A stretch of 32,000 bases of DNA from assembly GCA_015256915.3 (NCBI GenBank), contig CP076101.2, forward strand, positions 270,001 to 302,000, in the 5' to 3' direction. The translations under genes and the position numbers were made by a program. The notes under the pieces are model-generated. The model had not been told where the DNA came from, ran no database searches, and worked only from the letters and a program-made list of their open reading frames with translations. The stretch is from Candidatus Saccharimonas sp. Lineage in GTDB: Bacteria > Patescibacteriota > Saccharimonadia > Saccharimonadales > Saccharimonadaceae. Shown here one piece after another: positions 6,502 through 14,742 of this stretch. Positions within the stretch are counted from its first letter, which is position 1, and the number at the start of each line of letters is the position of its first letter.

Positions 6502-6735
6502 TTATTTTTCAATTTCGAAAATCTTAAATCGCGATTTTATACCAGTCTTTAGGGAGACTCGGCTTTTTGAAACGCCGAATTCTTCTGCCAAAAGTTTAAT
6601 TACTGCCAGATTTGCCTTACCTTCAATTGCTGGCTCACGAATAAAAATCTCAAAAAACTCACCGTTTTTATCTTGTGATTTTTGAATGAGATTTCCTTTT
6701 TTCGAATTTGGCTTAATTTTGCAACGAATCTTCAT
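6502..6735 (-). CDS. DUF167 / YggU-family small protein
   Basis: KIRCKIKPNSKKG....FEIFIREPAIEGKANLAVIKLLAEEFGVSKSRVSLKTGIKSRFKIFEI fits the YggU pattern (P-x-A.., PP-x-x-GkAN, G-x-x-sR-x-K). The start is taken at ATG 6735. The track start 6783 and ATG 6774 are alternatives, and all overlap the end of tgt. Confidence 0.7.
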   Translation of the reverse strand: MKIRCKIKPNSKKGNLIQKSQDKNGEFFEIFIREPAIEGKANLAVIKLLAEEFGVSKSRVSLKTGIKSRFKIFEIEK

Positions 6736-7984
6736 TTTGCTTAGTTTCGAAGTCTTTTGCTCGCTCTTCGCCATAATATTCATTTAAAAATTGGCGCTTA
6801 TATTCAAAAAACGTACCATTTTCAAGGCTTTCGCGGATTTTATCAATGGTATTAATTACGAAAAATTCATTATGAATTGAAGCAAGTGTACTGGCGAGAA
6901 TTTCGTCCGCACGGAAAAGATGATTAACGTAGGCTTTTGTGAAATTTTGGCAAGTGTAGCAATTGCAATTGCTATCAATCGGTGTGAAGTCTTCTTTAAA
7001 CTTGGCGTTTTTAATATTAATTCGCCCAGAATAAGTAAAAATTGCGCCGTTTCGAGCTTGACGAGTTGGTGCCACACAATCGAAAGTGTCGATACCAAAT
7101 TCTACACCTAAAAATAGATCGGCTGGTTGTGCGCCCATTCCTAACAGATGCCGTGGTTTTTCTTCTGGCAAGGTTGTGTTCACCCAAGTTAGAACTTCAG
7201 GGATTTCTTCTGGCTGAAAAATTCCACCAATCCCAAAGCCGTCAAAATCTCTCGAGCCCAAAAAACTTGCGCTTTCTTTTCGAAAATCTTCTTCGCGCGC
7301 ACCTTGAACTACCGCGAAAAGCGCTTGTAGATTTTCGCCTTCTGCAATATGCTCGGCGTTTAACTCATTGTGGCGTTTCAAACACTTTTCAGCCCAAAAA
7401 TGAGTTTTATCCAATGCGGATTTAATTTGTGCACGGCCAGCTAGCGGTGAAGTTAATTCATCAAAAGCCATGTGAATATCGGCGCCAATTTTATGCTGAA
7501 GCTCCATTGAAATTTCGGGGCTCATAAAAATCTTTTCGCCCGAAATGTGAGATTTAAACCAAACTCCGTCTTCGCCAACTTTTGCGAGCTGATTTGAATT
7601 ATGGCGTGCTAAATTTGAATCACCCTTCGAAATGTGTGAAGTTGCATCAATTCCCTTTTTGTAAGCCATTCCAAGTGAAAAAACTTGAAAACCGCCTGAA
7701 TCAGTAAAGGTTGGTGCACTCCAATTCATAAACTTATGGATTCCGCCAGCTTTTGCTAGAATATCTGCACCAGGCCGAAGCATTAGATGGTAGGTATTTG
7801 CTAGTACGGCCTGCGCACCAGTTGAGCGGATTTGCTCGGGCGTCATTGCCTTCACTGTTGCATTAGTTCCGCCTGCAATATAAGCTGGGGTTTTAATTTC
7901 ACCGTGCGGAGTTTGAATTACACCAGTTCTTGCCAAAGTGCCATTGAGGCGAGTTTTAATTTCGAAACTTAAAGCTTTTTTCAT
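6713..7984 (-). CDS. tgt: queuine tRNA-ribosyltransferase
   Basis: 423 aa with the hallmark motifs FTDSGGFQV, LLGMGAQPADL, DTFDCVAPTRQARNG and the zinc site CNCYTC...H. Confidence 0.95.
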   Translation of the reverse strand: MKKALSFEIKTRLNGTLARTGVIQTPHGEIKTPAYIAGGTNATVKAMTPEQIRSTGAQAVLANTYHLMLRPGADILAKAGGIHKFMNWSAPTFTDSGGFQVFSLGMAYKKGIDATSHISKGDSNLARHNSNQLAKVGEDGVWFKSHISGEKIFMSPEISMELQHKIGADIHMAFDELTSPLAGRAQIKSALDKTHFWAEKCLKRHNELNAEHIAEGENLQALFAVVQGAREEDFRKESASFLGSRDFDGFGIGGIFQPEEIPEVLTWVNTTLPEEKPRHLLGMGAQPADLFLGVEFGIDTFDCVAPTRQARNGAIFTYSGRINIKNAKFKEDFTPIDSNCNCYTCQNFTKAYVNHLFRADEILASTLASIHNEFFVINTIDKIRESLENGTFFEYKRQFLNEYYGEERAKDFETKQNEDSLQN

Positions 7985-8056
7985 CTGTTAAAGTATAACA
8001 TATAAATGTTTTTTTTGCAATTTAAAAACCGCCCAGAAGAGCGATTTTTAAGAATA

Positions 8057-8482
8057 TTATTCAGCAATTTCAACACCCATTGAACGAGCTGTTCCGGCGA
8101 TAGTTTTCATAGCACCTTCAAGTGAAACTGCGTTCAAGTGTTCCATTTTAGCTTCAGCAATTTCTTGCAATTGAGCTTTTGTAATTTTGCCAACTTTGTC
8201 AGTTTTTGAATTTCCTGCACCTTTTTGGATTCCTGCTCGGTCTCGAATCATATCATCAACTGGTTGACCAAGTGATTTCCAAGTGAAAGTTCGGTCTTCG
8301 AAAACCTGAAGGTGAACAATTACATCTTTACCCATCATATCTTTAGTTTTTTCATTAAATGGGTTGATGAAGTCCATCATATTTAGACCCCATTGACCAA
8401 GTGTTGAACCAACTGGAGGACCTGCTGTTGCGCGGCCAGCTGGGATTCGAAGTTTCAAATTTCCAATAACTTTTTTTGCCAT
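8057..8482 (-). CDS. rplK: 50S ribosomal protein L11 (uL11)
   Basis: MAKKVIGNLKLRIPAGRATAGPPVGSTLGQWGLNMMDF... is canonical L11. 141 aa. Confidence 0.97.
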   Translation of the reverse strand: MAKKVIGNLKLRIPAGRATAGPPVGSTLGQWGLNMMDFINPFNEKTKDMMGKDVIVHLQVFEDRTFTWKSLGQPVDDMIRDRAGIQKGAGNSKTDKVGKITKAQLQEIAEAKMEHLNAVSLEGAMKTIAGTARSMGVEIAE

Positions 8483-8534
8483 AATTTCCCTTTAAATAAT
8501 TTTATACTTGATAATTCAAGTGCGTAACGTATTA

Positions 8535-8563
8535 ATTTTAGCATATTTTTTTTAAAATTTCAA
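8535..8563 (-). promoter_or_regulatory. putative rplK promoter with extended -10
   Basis: Minus strand: TTGAAA (8563-8558), 17 nt, TGC-TAAAAT (8543-8535). This leaves a leader of about 45 nt to ATG 8482, with AAGGGA as Shine-Dalgarno. Confidence 0.55.
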
Positions 8564-8748
8564 GCTTCAATTCATTTATTTTAGGACTATTAACTCATTG
8601 TGTAAAATTTTGTGAAGATTGTTCGACGGAAAATTACGAATATGAAAATGTGATTAGCGTGAAAAATATTGTTAAAATACATTGCTTGTAAGAAATGGCA
8701 TTAGTTTAATATAAACCTCTATAGCCCTCAGCTTTGCTATGCTTTTTC

Positions 8749-8777
8749 TTGTCTTTAATTTTTAACTATGCTATAAT
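8749..8777 (+). promoter_or_regulatory. putative promoter of the nucleotidyltransferase-like gene (extended -10)
   Basis: TTGTCT 8749-8754, 17 nt, TGC-TATAAT (8769-8777). GGAGG at 8794-8798 lies 7 nt before ATG 8806. Confidence 0.5.
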
Positions 8778-8805
8778 TTTAAAATCACGCTTTGGAGGTT
8801 TAAAA

Positions 8806-9315
8806 ATGGAAAATCGTGAAGTACTTGAAGTTCTAAAAGATTTTGGGCGGGTTTATATTGTGGGAAGTTTTGCAATATATAAAGCTCTCTGCATTGATTC
8901 TGCTCAAAATAACGATATTGATATTGTGGTAAAAACAAATATAGCTGTCTCACAAATTCGTAAACGGCTTGAAGATCTGGGTGGAACTTTTGTCGAAAAT
9001 AATAATCACAAAGGCTTTCGAATTAACTATCGCGGACAACTTTTTGATATTTGGAGAATCAAAGATACGGATGCGATTTTTGAACAAGGCTTTGAGCGAA
9101 AGTATCATAATATTACAGATCTAATTTCGTCATTCGGTTTCAATCTTTACCAGGTTTGTATTTGTGTCGAAGATGGGATGATTCTAGCAACACCTGAATT
9201 TCACAAATATTCTCGAACACAAGAACTTGAACTTATTAATCATAATTTATCAAATCCTGAGTATATGATAGATAAAGCTCTTAGGATTAATAAAAACGTT
9301 GTTTCCAAAAAGTAA
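8806..9315 (+). CDS. minimal nucleotidyltransferase-fold protein (Pol-beta superfamily-like), 169 aa
   Basis: The start is reassigned to ATG 8806 (GGAGG Shine-Dalgarno); the track start 8734 is a TTG inside the promoter. The motif VYIVGSFAIYKALCIDSAQNNDIDIVV fits hG[GS]-x(9-15)-DhDh, with a later acidic residue in LFDIW. Family call is from the motif only. Confidence 0.55.
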   Translation: MENREVLEVLKDFGRVYIVGSFAIYKALCIDSAQNNDIDIVVKTNIAVSQIRKRLEDLGGTFVENNNHKGFRINYRGQLFDIWRIKDTDAIFEQGFERKYHNITDLISSFGFNLYQVCICVEDGMILATPEFHKYSRTQELELINHNLSNPEYMIDKALRINKNVVSKK

Positions 9316-9321
9316 TTTTTT

Positions 9322-9346
9322 TCTCGCTGAATTTGGCGAGATTTTT
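9322..9346 (+). terminator. rho-independent terminator of the nucleotidyltransferase-like gene
   Basis: Stem TCTCGC (9322-9327) / GCGAGA (9336-9341), 8-nt loop, then TTTTT. Confidence 0.65.
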
Positions 9347-9361
9347 AATTTAAGCCAAATT

Positions 9362-9388
9362 AAAACGCTCAATTCTGAGCGTTTTTTT
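9362..9388. terminator. bidirectional terminator (serves nusG on the minus strand)
   Basis: 10-bp stem AAAACGCTCA (9362-9371) / TGAGCGTTTT (9376-9385), 4-nt loop, T-run on both strands. It lies 18 nt beyond the nusG stop (9406). Confidence 0.75.
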
Positions 9389-9405
9389 AGTTTTCGAAAT
9401 TAAAA

Positions 9406-9948
9406 TTAGATTTTTTCAATTTGAAGAATATCAAGCTCAACTGGAGTTTCGCGACCAAACATTGAAACCATTACTTTAATTTTACCTTTCACGGCGTCAA
9501 TCTCAGAAACTGCACCTTCGAAACCTTTGAATGGTCCATCAATAATATTGATAATTTCACCTTCAGAAAAGTTAATTTCAAACATTGGTTCTTCGGCACC
9601 CATTCGGCGGCGAATATCGCGCATTTCTTTTTCGGAAACTGGTGTTGGTGAATCTGAGCCAATAAATCCAGTCACGCCTGGCGTGTTTCGAACAACAAAC
9701 CAAGTCTCCTCGGTTAATTTCATTTCAACTAAAACATAACTTTGTAAAATTTTTCGTTCAACAACTTTGCGTTTTCCATTTCTAACTTCAATCTGCTTCT
9801 CTTTTGGAACAAGCGTGTCGAAGATTTTATCGGCCATATCTACGCCTTCAATTCGTTGACGAAGATTTTCCGCAACTTTGTCTTCATATCCCGCTAAAGT
9901 TGTAACCGCATACCAGTTTCGGGAATCATCATATCGTTTATTTGCCAT
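9406..9948 (-). CDS. nusG: transcription termination/antitermination factor NusG
   Basis: N-terminal NGN signature WYAVTTLAGYEDKV, and a C-terminal KOW (GEIINIIDGPFKGFEGAVSEID..GKIKVMVSMFGRETPVEL). 180 aa. Confidence 0.95.
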   Translation of the reverse strand: MANKRYDDSRNWYAVTTLAGYEDKVAENLRQRIEGVDMADKIFDTLVPKEKQIEVRNGKRKVVERKILQSYVLVEMKLTEETWFVVRNTPGVTGFIGSDSPTPVSEKEMRDIRRRMGAEEPMFEINFSEGEIINIIDGPFKGFEGAVSEIDAVKGKIKVMVSMFGRETPVELDILQIEKI

Positions 9949-9963
9949 AAATACCTTTCAAAA

Positions 9964-10347
9964 TTACTTAATTAGTGTTTTAAAAATCCAGTTAAACAAG
10001 CCGTCTAGCAATAAAATTAATGTCGCAAACCCTATAGAAAATGCAATTACGGCACTAGTCATTTTCCAAGTTTCTTTGCGGGTTGGCCAGCGAACGAGTT
10101 TTAGTTCTTTCCAGGAAGCTACTAAATATTTACCAAGTGCAACAAATGGAATTGTAACGAATCTAAACGGTTTCGTTAAAATTCGCACAAATTTTGGTGC
10201 CGGTTTTTTGGCTTTTTTCTCTGTTTTGATGCCAGCAACTTTTGCAGCATATTTGCTTATTTTTAGCTCTTTCGAAACTTCTTTTTCAGGCTTCGATTTT
10301 GCGTTTTTTGCCTTAACGCGAGTTACTTTGGTTTCTTTCTTCGCCAT
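9964..10347 (-). CDS. secE: preprotein translocase subunit SecE with a long Lys-rich N-terminal extension
   Basis: C-terminal ..ELKLVRWPTRKETWKMTSAVIAFSIGFATLILLLDGLF is the SecE signature plus its TM helix. It sits immediately upstream of nusG, as in most bacteria. AGGAGA Shine-Dalgarno. Confidence 0.85.
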   Translation of the reverse strand: MAKKETKVTRVKAKNAKSKPEKEVSKELKISKYAAKVAGIKTEKKAKKPAPKFVRILTKPFRFVTIPFVALGKYLVASWKELKLVRWPTRKETWKMTSAVIAFSIGFATLILLLDGLFNWIFKTLIK

Positions 10348-10365
10348 CTTTCTCCTATTCCAAAA

Positions 10366-10385
10366 TTAAAAAGCCTATTAGGCTT
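10366..10385 (-). terminator. short hairpin terminator after the histidine kinase gene
   Basis: Stem AAGCCT (10371-10376) / AGGCTT (10380-10385), 3-nt loop, then UUUUU in minus-strand RNA. The small loop and stem make it only moderate. Confidence 0.45.
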
Positions 10386-10438
10386 GATATGTCAAGTATA
10401 CCATAAAATTTTTAAAAAAGCAAAAAATATGCAAAAAT

Positions 10439-11734
10439 CTATTCTTTAATTTTTGGGAGTTCAAAAAAGAATTTCGAACCGTGGTTTAATTTGCTTTCGA
10501 GTTGAATTTTTGTACCAATTTTTGCTGCCAATTTTGAAGAAATATAGAGCCCTAAGCCTGTGCCGCCAGTTTCTCGCGTTCGCCAATCTTCACTCCTGTA
10601 AAACTTTTCGAAAATCCGTTTTTGATCGCTTGAGCTAATTCCTATCCCAGTATCTTTAATCTCAAAAATTACACCTTTTTGTGAATTTTTAAAACAAATT
10701 TCAATCGAGCCCTCGCGCGTATATTTTAAGGCATTTGTGATAAAATTTTGTAATAATTCTTCTAAATAAAGTTTGCTAGCTTTAACATGATTAAGATTAT
10801 TGTCAATATTTAAATTAAGACTTAGACCTCTTTCGAAAGCTGTTTTGTGATATTTTTTGAAAAGTGTCTCGGCAAGCTCTTTTGGTTTAATTTCTTCTGC
10901 TCTTTCGCCAATTCCTCTTTCTGTTCGTGAGAGTATTGAGAGATCATTCACCATTGTTGCGAGAAAATTATTTTGGCTGTAGGCGGTTTTAGCAGATTTT
11001 TCAAGCATCTTAAAAGGTGCTTTTTTATCAATTAGCAGTTTTAAATTACTCAAAGAACCTTCTAAAATTGCTACTGGTGTGCGAAGCTCGTGGCTCACAA
11101 CACTAATAAATTCATCACGCTCTTCATCGAGCGTTTTTTGCTTGGTAATATCACGTAAAATTACCACGAATTTTTTTAAATTAGACCTTGTTTTTTTCGA
11201 AAAAGATTCTTTAATTTTAATAATTTCAATTTCAATTCGTAGTGTTTCATCTTCTTTTTGAAGGATTAAATCATTGGTTGAGAAATATGGCTTTCCTGCT
11301 TTAAGAATTTCTTGAATTTCGAATTTCTGTGTGTTGATTTTTGCAAGCTTACAAATTTTCGAAAGGTTCTTATTTAAAATTTCACTATTTTCACCTAAAA
11401 TTTCAAGCGCTGCGGAATTGTATAATTCAATTTTTCCGCGCGAATCAATACCTAAAACTGCATCAGTTAAGCTGTTGATAATCGTTAAGATTCTATTTCG
11501 CGAATCTTCAGCATTTTTACGGGCTTCAAACATTTTTTGGCGAGTTTGTCTTTGACGAACTCCAAAAATTATAAAAGCTAAATTTAAAGTAAAAAGTGCA
11601 AAAAATATTACTATAAAATTATTAAAAGTTGGCGGATTAGTAATAAAAATAATTGCAATTTCAGACAGAAAAATCATTGTGCCGAGCATGAATCTTATTA
11701 AGAGCTCATTTTTGCAATTATGAAATTTATCCAT
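10439..11734 (-). CDS. sensor histidine kinase (2 TM, PAS, HisKA, HATPase_c)
   Basis: H-box VSHELRTPV, N-box LQNFITNALKYT, G1 IKDTGIGI, G2 GGTGLGLYIS, and a PAS-like LTIINSLTDAVLGIDSRGKIELYN. The start is taken at ATG 11734 (MDKFHNC..), which lies 7 nt after TATAAT; the track start is 11740. No response regulator is present in the window. Confidence 0.85.
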   Translation of the reverse strand: MDKFHNCKNELLIRFMLGTMIFLSEIAIIFITNPPTFNNFIVIFFALFTLNLAFIIFGVRQRQTRQKMFEARKNAEDSRNRILTIINSLTDAVLGIDSRGKIELYNSAALEILGENSEILNKNLSKICKLAKINTQKFEIQEILKAGKPYFSTNDLILQKEDETLRIEIEIIKIKESFSKKTRSNLKKFVVILRDITKQKTLDEERDEFISVVSHELRTPVAILEGSLSNLKLLIDKKAPFKMLEKSAKTAYSQNNFLATMVNDLSILSRTERGIGERAEEIKPKELAETLFKKYHKTAFERGLSLNLNIDNNLNHVKASKLYLEELLQNFITNALKYTREGSIEICFKNSQKGVIFEIKDTGIGISSSDQKRIFEKFYRSEDWRTRETGGTGLGLYISSKLAAKIGTKIQLESKLNHGSKFFFELPKIKE

Positions 11735-11741
11735 AACCATA

Positions 11742-11770
11742 ATTATACGCTAAAGAAAATGAAAAATCAA
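11742..11770 (-). promoter_or_regulatory. putative leaderless promoter of the histidine kinase gene
   Basis: Minus strand: TTGATT (11770-11765), 17 nt, TATAAT (11747-11742), 7 nt, ATG 11734. Confidence 0.5.
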
Positions 11771-11777
11771 TTTTAAA

Positions 11778-11806
11778 AACCGCAAGAACAAGGAGAAAAT
11801 GCGGTT
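11778..11806 (-). terminator. hairpin after dnaB
   Basis: 7-bp stem AACCGCA (11778-11784) / TGCGGTT (11800-11806) with a 15-nt loop and a short U-run. It lies 8 nt after the dnaB stop. Confidence 0.4.
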
Positions 11807-11813
11807 TTAAAAT

Positions 11814-13166
11814 TTATTCACCATGCTTGCGGTCGAGCGACATAAAGCGGAGGCGTTCTGGATGGAAATAGAGTTCAATTGTACCAACTGGTCCGTGGCG
11901 GTGCTTGGCAAGAATGAGATCGGTGATATTCTCTCGCTCAGTTTCAGGATTATAATAAGCTTCACGATAAAGAAACATTACGATGTCTGCATCTTGCTCA
12001 ATAGAACCAGACTCACGGAGATCAGCGAGTTGCGGTATTTTGGGGTCACGGCTTTCAACGGAGCGGCTAAGCTGTGAAAGCGCAATCACGGGCACATTTA
12101 ATTCGCGCGCAAGCAACTTCAAACCACGCGAAATTTCTGAAACTTCTTGAACACGGTTTGCTGAAGATTTTGCTGAGCCGCTTCCCTGCATCAGTTGTAG
12201 ATAGTCAATAACAATCAAGCCAAGCTCACCATCATGTGCTGCGCGCCGTGCTTTTGTTCGCATTTCAAGAACACTTACACCCGGTGTGTCATCAATAAAA
12301 ATCGGAGCTTCAGCCATTTCTCCCATAGCATCAGCTAGCTTTGCGAAGTCTTCGTCACTCAAATTTCCCGTTCGAATATTCCACGAATCAACTCCGGCGG
12401 CATCTGCAAGCATACGGTCAACAAGCTGTTCTTTACTCATCTCAAGGCTAAAGAAAAGCACTGATTTTTTCTCGATCGTAGCAATATTGTAAGCTAAATT
12501 TGTTACAAAAGTTGTTTTTCCCATCGCTGGCCGGGCAGCAAGAATAATTAGGTCTGAGCGTTGTAATCCTGCTGTTTTGTTGTCAAGATCACGATAGCCC
12601 GTTCTAATTCCACGAATTGCTCCTTTGTTCTTATAAAGCTCATCTAATCTTTCGAATGAATCATTCAGAATATCTTCCATTGAAGATAAATCTTGTTTTA
12701 AACTTGCGTCTGAAACGCTAAAAAGTTCGGCTTCACTTTGGCCTAAAAGCTGCGGAACAGTTAATTCTTCATTAAAAGCCAATTCAGTAATATCGCCGCC
12801 AGCCTTGATTAGTCGTCTTCGAACTGCTGCTTGAGCAACAATTTCAGCATAACTTGCTGCATGTGAAGCTGTTGGAACATAGTTTGTCAATTCTGCTAAA
12901 TAGCTTGAGCCACCAACTGCATCAAGTTCTTCTCGTTTTTTTAGTTCGTTTGTAAGTGTTAGAAGATCGACCGGCTGGTGATGTTCATAAAGTCGAATAA
13001 TCGACGCAAAGATTGCGGCGTGGCGCTTGTCATAAAAATCTGCCGCTTTCACAATCTCTAAAATATCAATTAAAACTTCCTCATCAATCAAAATAGCGCC
13101 AATCAAACTCATCTCGGCATCTAAATTCTGTGGCGGAATTTTACCGCCGCTTTTCTCGCTACTCAT
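11814..13166 (-). CDS. dnaB: replicative DNA helicase DnaB
   Basis: PPQNLDAEMSLIGAILID.. N-terminus, Walker A ARPAMGKTT, Walker B LIVIDYLQLM, and SQLSR/ESGSIEQDAD motifs. The ATG at 13166 is used (the track TTG is at 13169). It overlaps the dnaX stop by 8 nt. Confidence 0.97.
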   Translation of the reverse strand: MSSEKSGGKIPPQNLDAEMSLIGAILIDEEVLIDILEIVKAADFYDKRHAAIFASIIRLYEHHQPVDLLTLTNELKKREELDAVGGSSYLAELTNYVPTASHAASYAEIVAQAAVRRRLIKAGGDITELAFNEELTVPQLLGQSEAELFSVSDASLKQDLSSMEDILNDSFERLDELYKNKGAIRGIRTGYRDLDNKTAGLQRSDLIILAARPAMGKTTFVTNLAYNIATIEKKSVLFFSLEMSKEQLVDRMLADAAGVDSWNIRTGNLSDEDFAKLADAMGEMAEAPIFIDDTPGVSVLEMRTKARRAAHDGELGLIVIDYLQLMQGSGSAKSSANRVQEVSEISRGLKLLARELNVPVIALSQLSRSVESRDPKIPQLADLRESGSIEQDADIVMFLYREAYYNPETERENITDLILAKHRHGPVGTIELYFHPERLRFMSLDRKHGE

Positions 13167-14706
13167 CAATTTTTACCATTTCTCCACCCCCCATTAAATC
13201 CTGAACGCTCGCAATCGCCGGGTCGCTTGCGGGTTTTGCCGTTCCAAAAACTTCAATCACCCAGCCATCTGCGCCAATTTTCTTTAAAGCTTTTCTCATT
13301 GAAGCTTGAGCTTTTGCTTTTTCGAGCTGTTTTTGGTTAAAAGGTCTGCCCGTATAAATTTTAATTTTACCATTTTCGAAAATATGGCCAGATTGTTTTA
13401 GAATTGTTTGAACTCCCTTATCACCCTCATCGATCGCACCCCAGAAATCCGCCCATTTAAATTCTTTCTTCTCTCCCAGATCTTGATTTTTATTTTCATT
13501 TTTTGGTTGAGCTTCATCTAAACTTTCTGAATTTTCACTTTTTAAAGATTTATTTTCTTCATTTTTTTGCGGAATTTCTGTTTTATCCTCAATATTTTCA
13601 TTTTTTTGCGAATTTTCGAAAGTTTCTTTTTGCAGGTTTGGCTGATTTTCTGATTCACTTTTTGAAAATTTTGCTGTTTTTTGATTTTCAACTTTTGGCT
13701 TTAAAATTGTTTTTTGCTGAACTTGTGGCAAAATATTTTGATTTATTGAAAGCTGCGGCGTAAAACTTGGCTGAATAAAAATCGAAAGCAGCTCCATTTC
13801 AATAAAATTTGACTTTTCTGCTCGTGTTAGTGGCATCAGAAATTGCGAAAGATATGGTTTTTTGCCAATATTTTCAGTAATAAAACTTAAAAGCTGGCTA
13901 GCAAAATTTTTTAAATCTACGCCAGAATTGCGAACATCTCGCACGATTTGTAAAATTTCGTTTGAATTTTGGTTTTCGAAAGCTGAAATTAAAGCATTAA
14001 TTTGCATTTTTGGCGCCAATCCAAGGGCTTCTTCAAGCAAGTTTGCTGTAATTTCTTCATTTTTTTTTGTAATGCTTGAAATTTGGTCAAGTAGTGAAAT
14101 GCTATCACGAAAGCTCCCCTCACCACGTTCGGCAATAATTTCAATCGCTTCTTTCGAAATGTTAATTTTTTCATTTTTGGCGATAAATTCTAAATGAGCG
14201 CAAACATCTTCTTTTGAAATAAATCGAAAAACAAACCGCTGAGTTCGACTAATAATCGTTGCTGGTAATTTGTGAGCATCAGTTGTGGCAAGAATAAAAA
14301 CGGCGTGTTCTGGTGGTTCTTCAAGAGTTTTGAGAAGCGCATTAAAAGCAGCCTTCGAAAGCATATGAACTTCATCTATAATGTAAACACGATATTTGGC
14401 GGAAAACGGCGCAACTTGCACATTGTCTCGAAGTTGGCGGATGTCGTCTACTCCGTTGTTGCTAGCGGCATCAATTTCAATAATATCTGGATGATTATCT
14501 TCTTCAGAATACGGCAGATTATTAATTTCGTGGGCTAAGATTCGCGCAATAGAAGTTTTGCCAACACCACGCGGGCCAGTAAAAAGGTAAGCATGGGCAA
14601 TTTTCCCTTGTTTTAAAGCATTTTCAAGCACTGTTGTGATGTGTTTTTGACCCACAACTTCACTTAATTTCTTACTCCGATATTTGCGATATAATGCTTT
14701 ACTCAT
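13159..14706 (-). CDS. dnaX: DNA polymerase III subunit gamma/tau
   Basis: Walker A GPRGVGKTS, DEVHMLS, SRTQRF, and sensor-2-like SFRDSISLLDQ. A long E/N/K/Q-rich low-complexity linker precedes a C-terminal domain. Confidence 0.93.
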   Translation of the reverse strand: MSKALYRKYRSKKLSEVVGQKHITTVLENALKQGKIAHAYLFTGPRGVGKTSIARILAHEINNLPYSEEDNHPDIIEIDAASNNGVDDIRQLRDNVQVAPFSAKYRVYIIDEVHMLSKAAFNALLKTLEEPPEHAVFILATTDAHKLPATIISRTQRFVFRFISKEDVCAHLEFIAKNEKINISKEAIEIIAERGEGSFRDSISLLDQISSITKKNEEITANLLEEALGLAPKMQINALISAFENQNSNEILQIVRDVRNSGVDLKNFASQLLSFITENIGKKPYLSQFLMPLTRAEKSNFIEMELLSIFIQPSFTPQLSINQNILPQVQQKTILKPKVENQKTAKFSKSESENQPNLQKETFENSQKNENIEDKTEIPQKNEENKSLKSENSESLDEAQPKNENKNQDLGEKKEFKWADFWGAIDEGDKGVQTILKQSGHIFENGKIKIYTGRPFNQKQLEKAKAQASMRKALKKIGADGWVIEVFGTAKPASDPAIASVQDLMGGGEMVKIDE

Positions 14707-14713
14707 TAGTTCT

Positions 14714-14742
14714 ATTTTATCAGTTTTTTACTTAAAAATCAA
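14714..14742 (-). promoter_or_regulatory. putative leaderless promoter of dnaX (extended -10)
   Basis: Minus strand: TTGATT (14742-14737), 17 nt, TGA-TAAAAT (14722-14714), 7 nt, ATG 14706. There is no Shine-Dalgarno. Confidence 0.5.

Noticed and set aside
8734-8805. N-terminal extensions produced by TTG/GTG starts in the ORF track (8734, 11740, 13169, 19964, 21304, 23582, 23617, 26763, 27741, 31990).
   Set aside because: In each case an in-frame ATG further downstream is preceded by a good Shine-Dalgarno or lies 6-9 nt after a -10 box. The extension overlaps a promoter, a terminator or the neighbouring gene. The shorter forms also match the expected N-termini of the families (S12 MPTINQL.., IscS ..IYLDHAATT.., trigger factor).
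13558-13616. Imperfect 20-nt direct repeat TTCATTTTTTTGCG(G)AATTT at 13558-13577 and 13597-13616.
   Set aside because: It lies inside the E/N/K/Q-rich low-complexity linker of dnaX (peptides SQKNEN / PQKNEE). It reflects repetitive coding sequence, not a separate element.
14060-14068. A9 slippery tract in dnaX (codons T-K-K-N) with a UGA immediately in the -1 frame. This recalls the E. coli A-AAA-AAG frameshift and the Thermus A9 transcriptional slippage that produce the gamma subunit.
   Set aside because: The tract lies at about codon 215, just after the sensor-2 motif. A truncated product would lack domain III, which is needed for clamp-loader assembly. The known gamma-producing sites lie after domain III, so this is probably a coincidental homopolymer in an A-rich genome. 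It could still be checked in RNA-seq or proteomics data.
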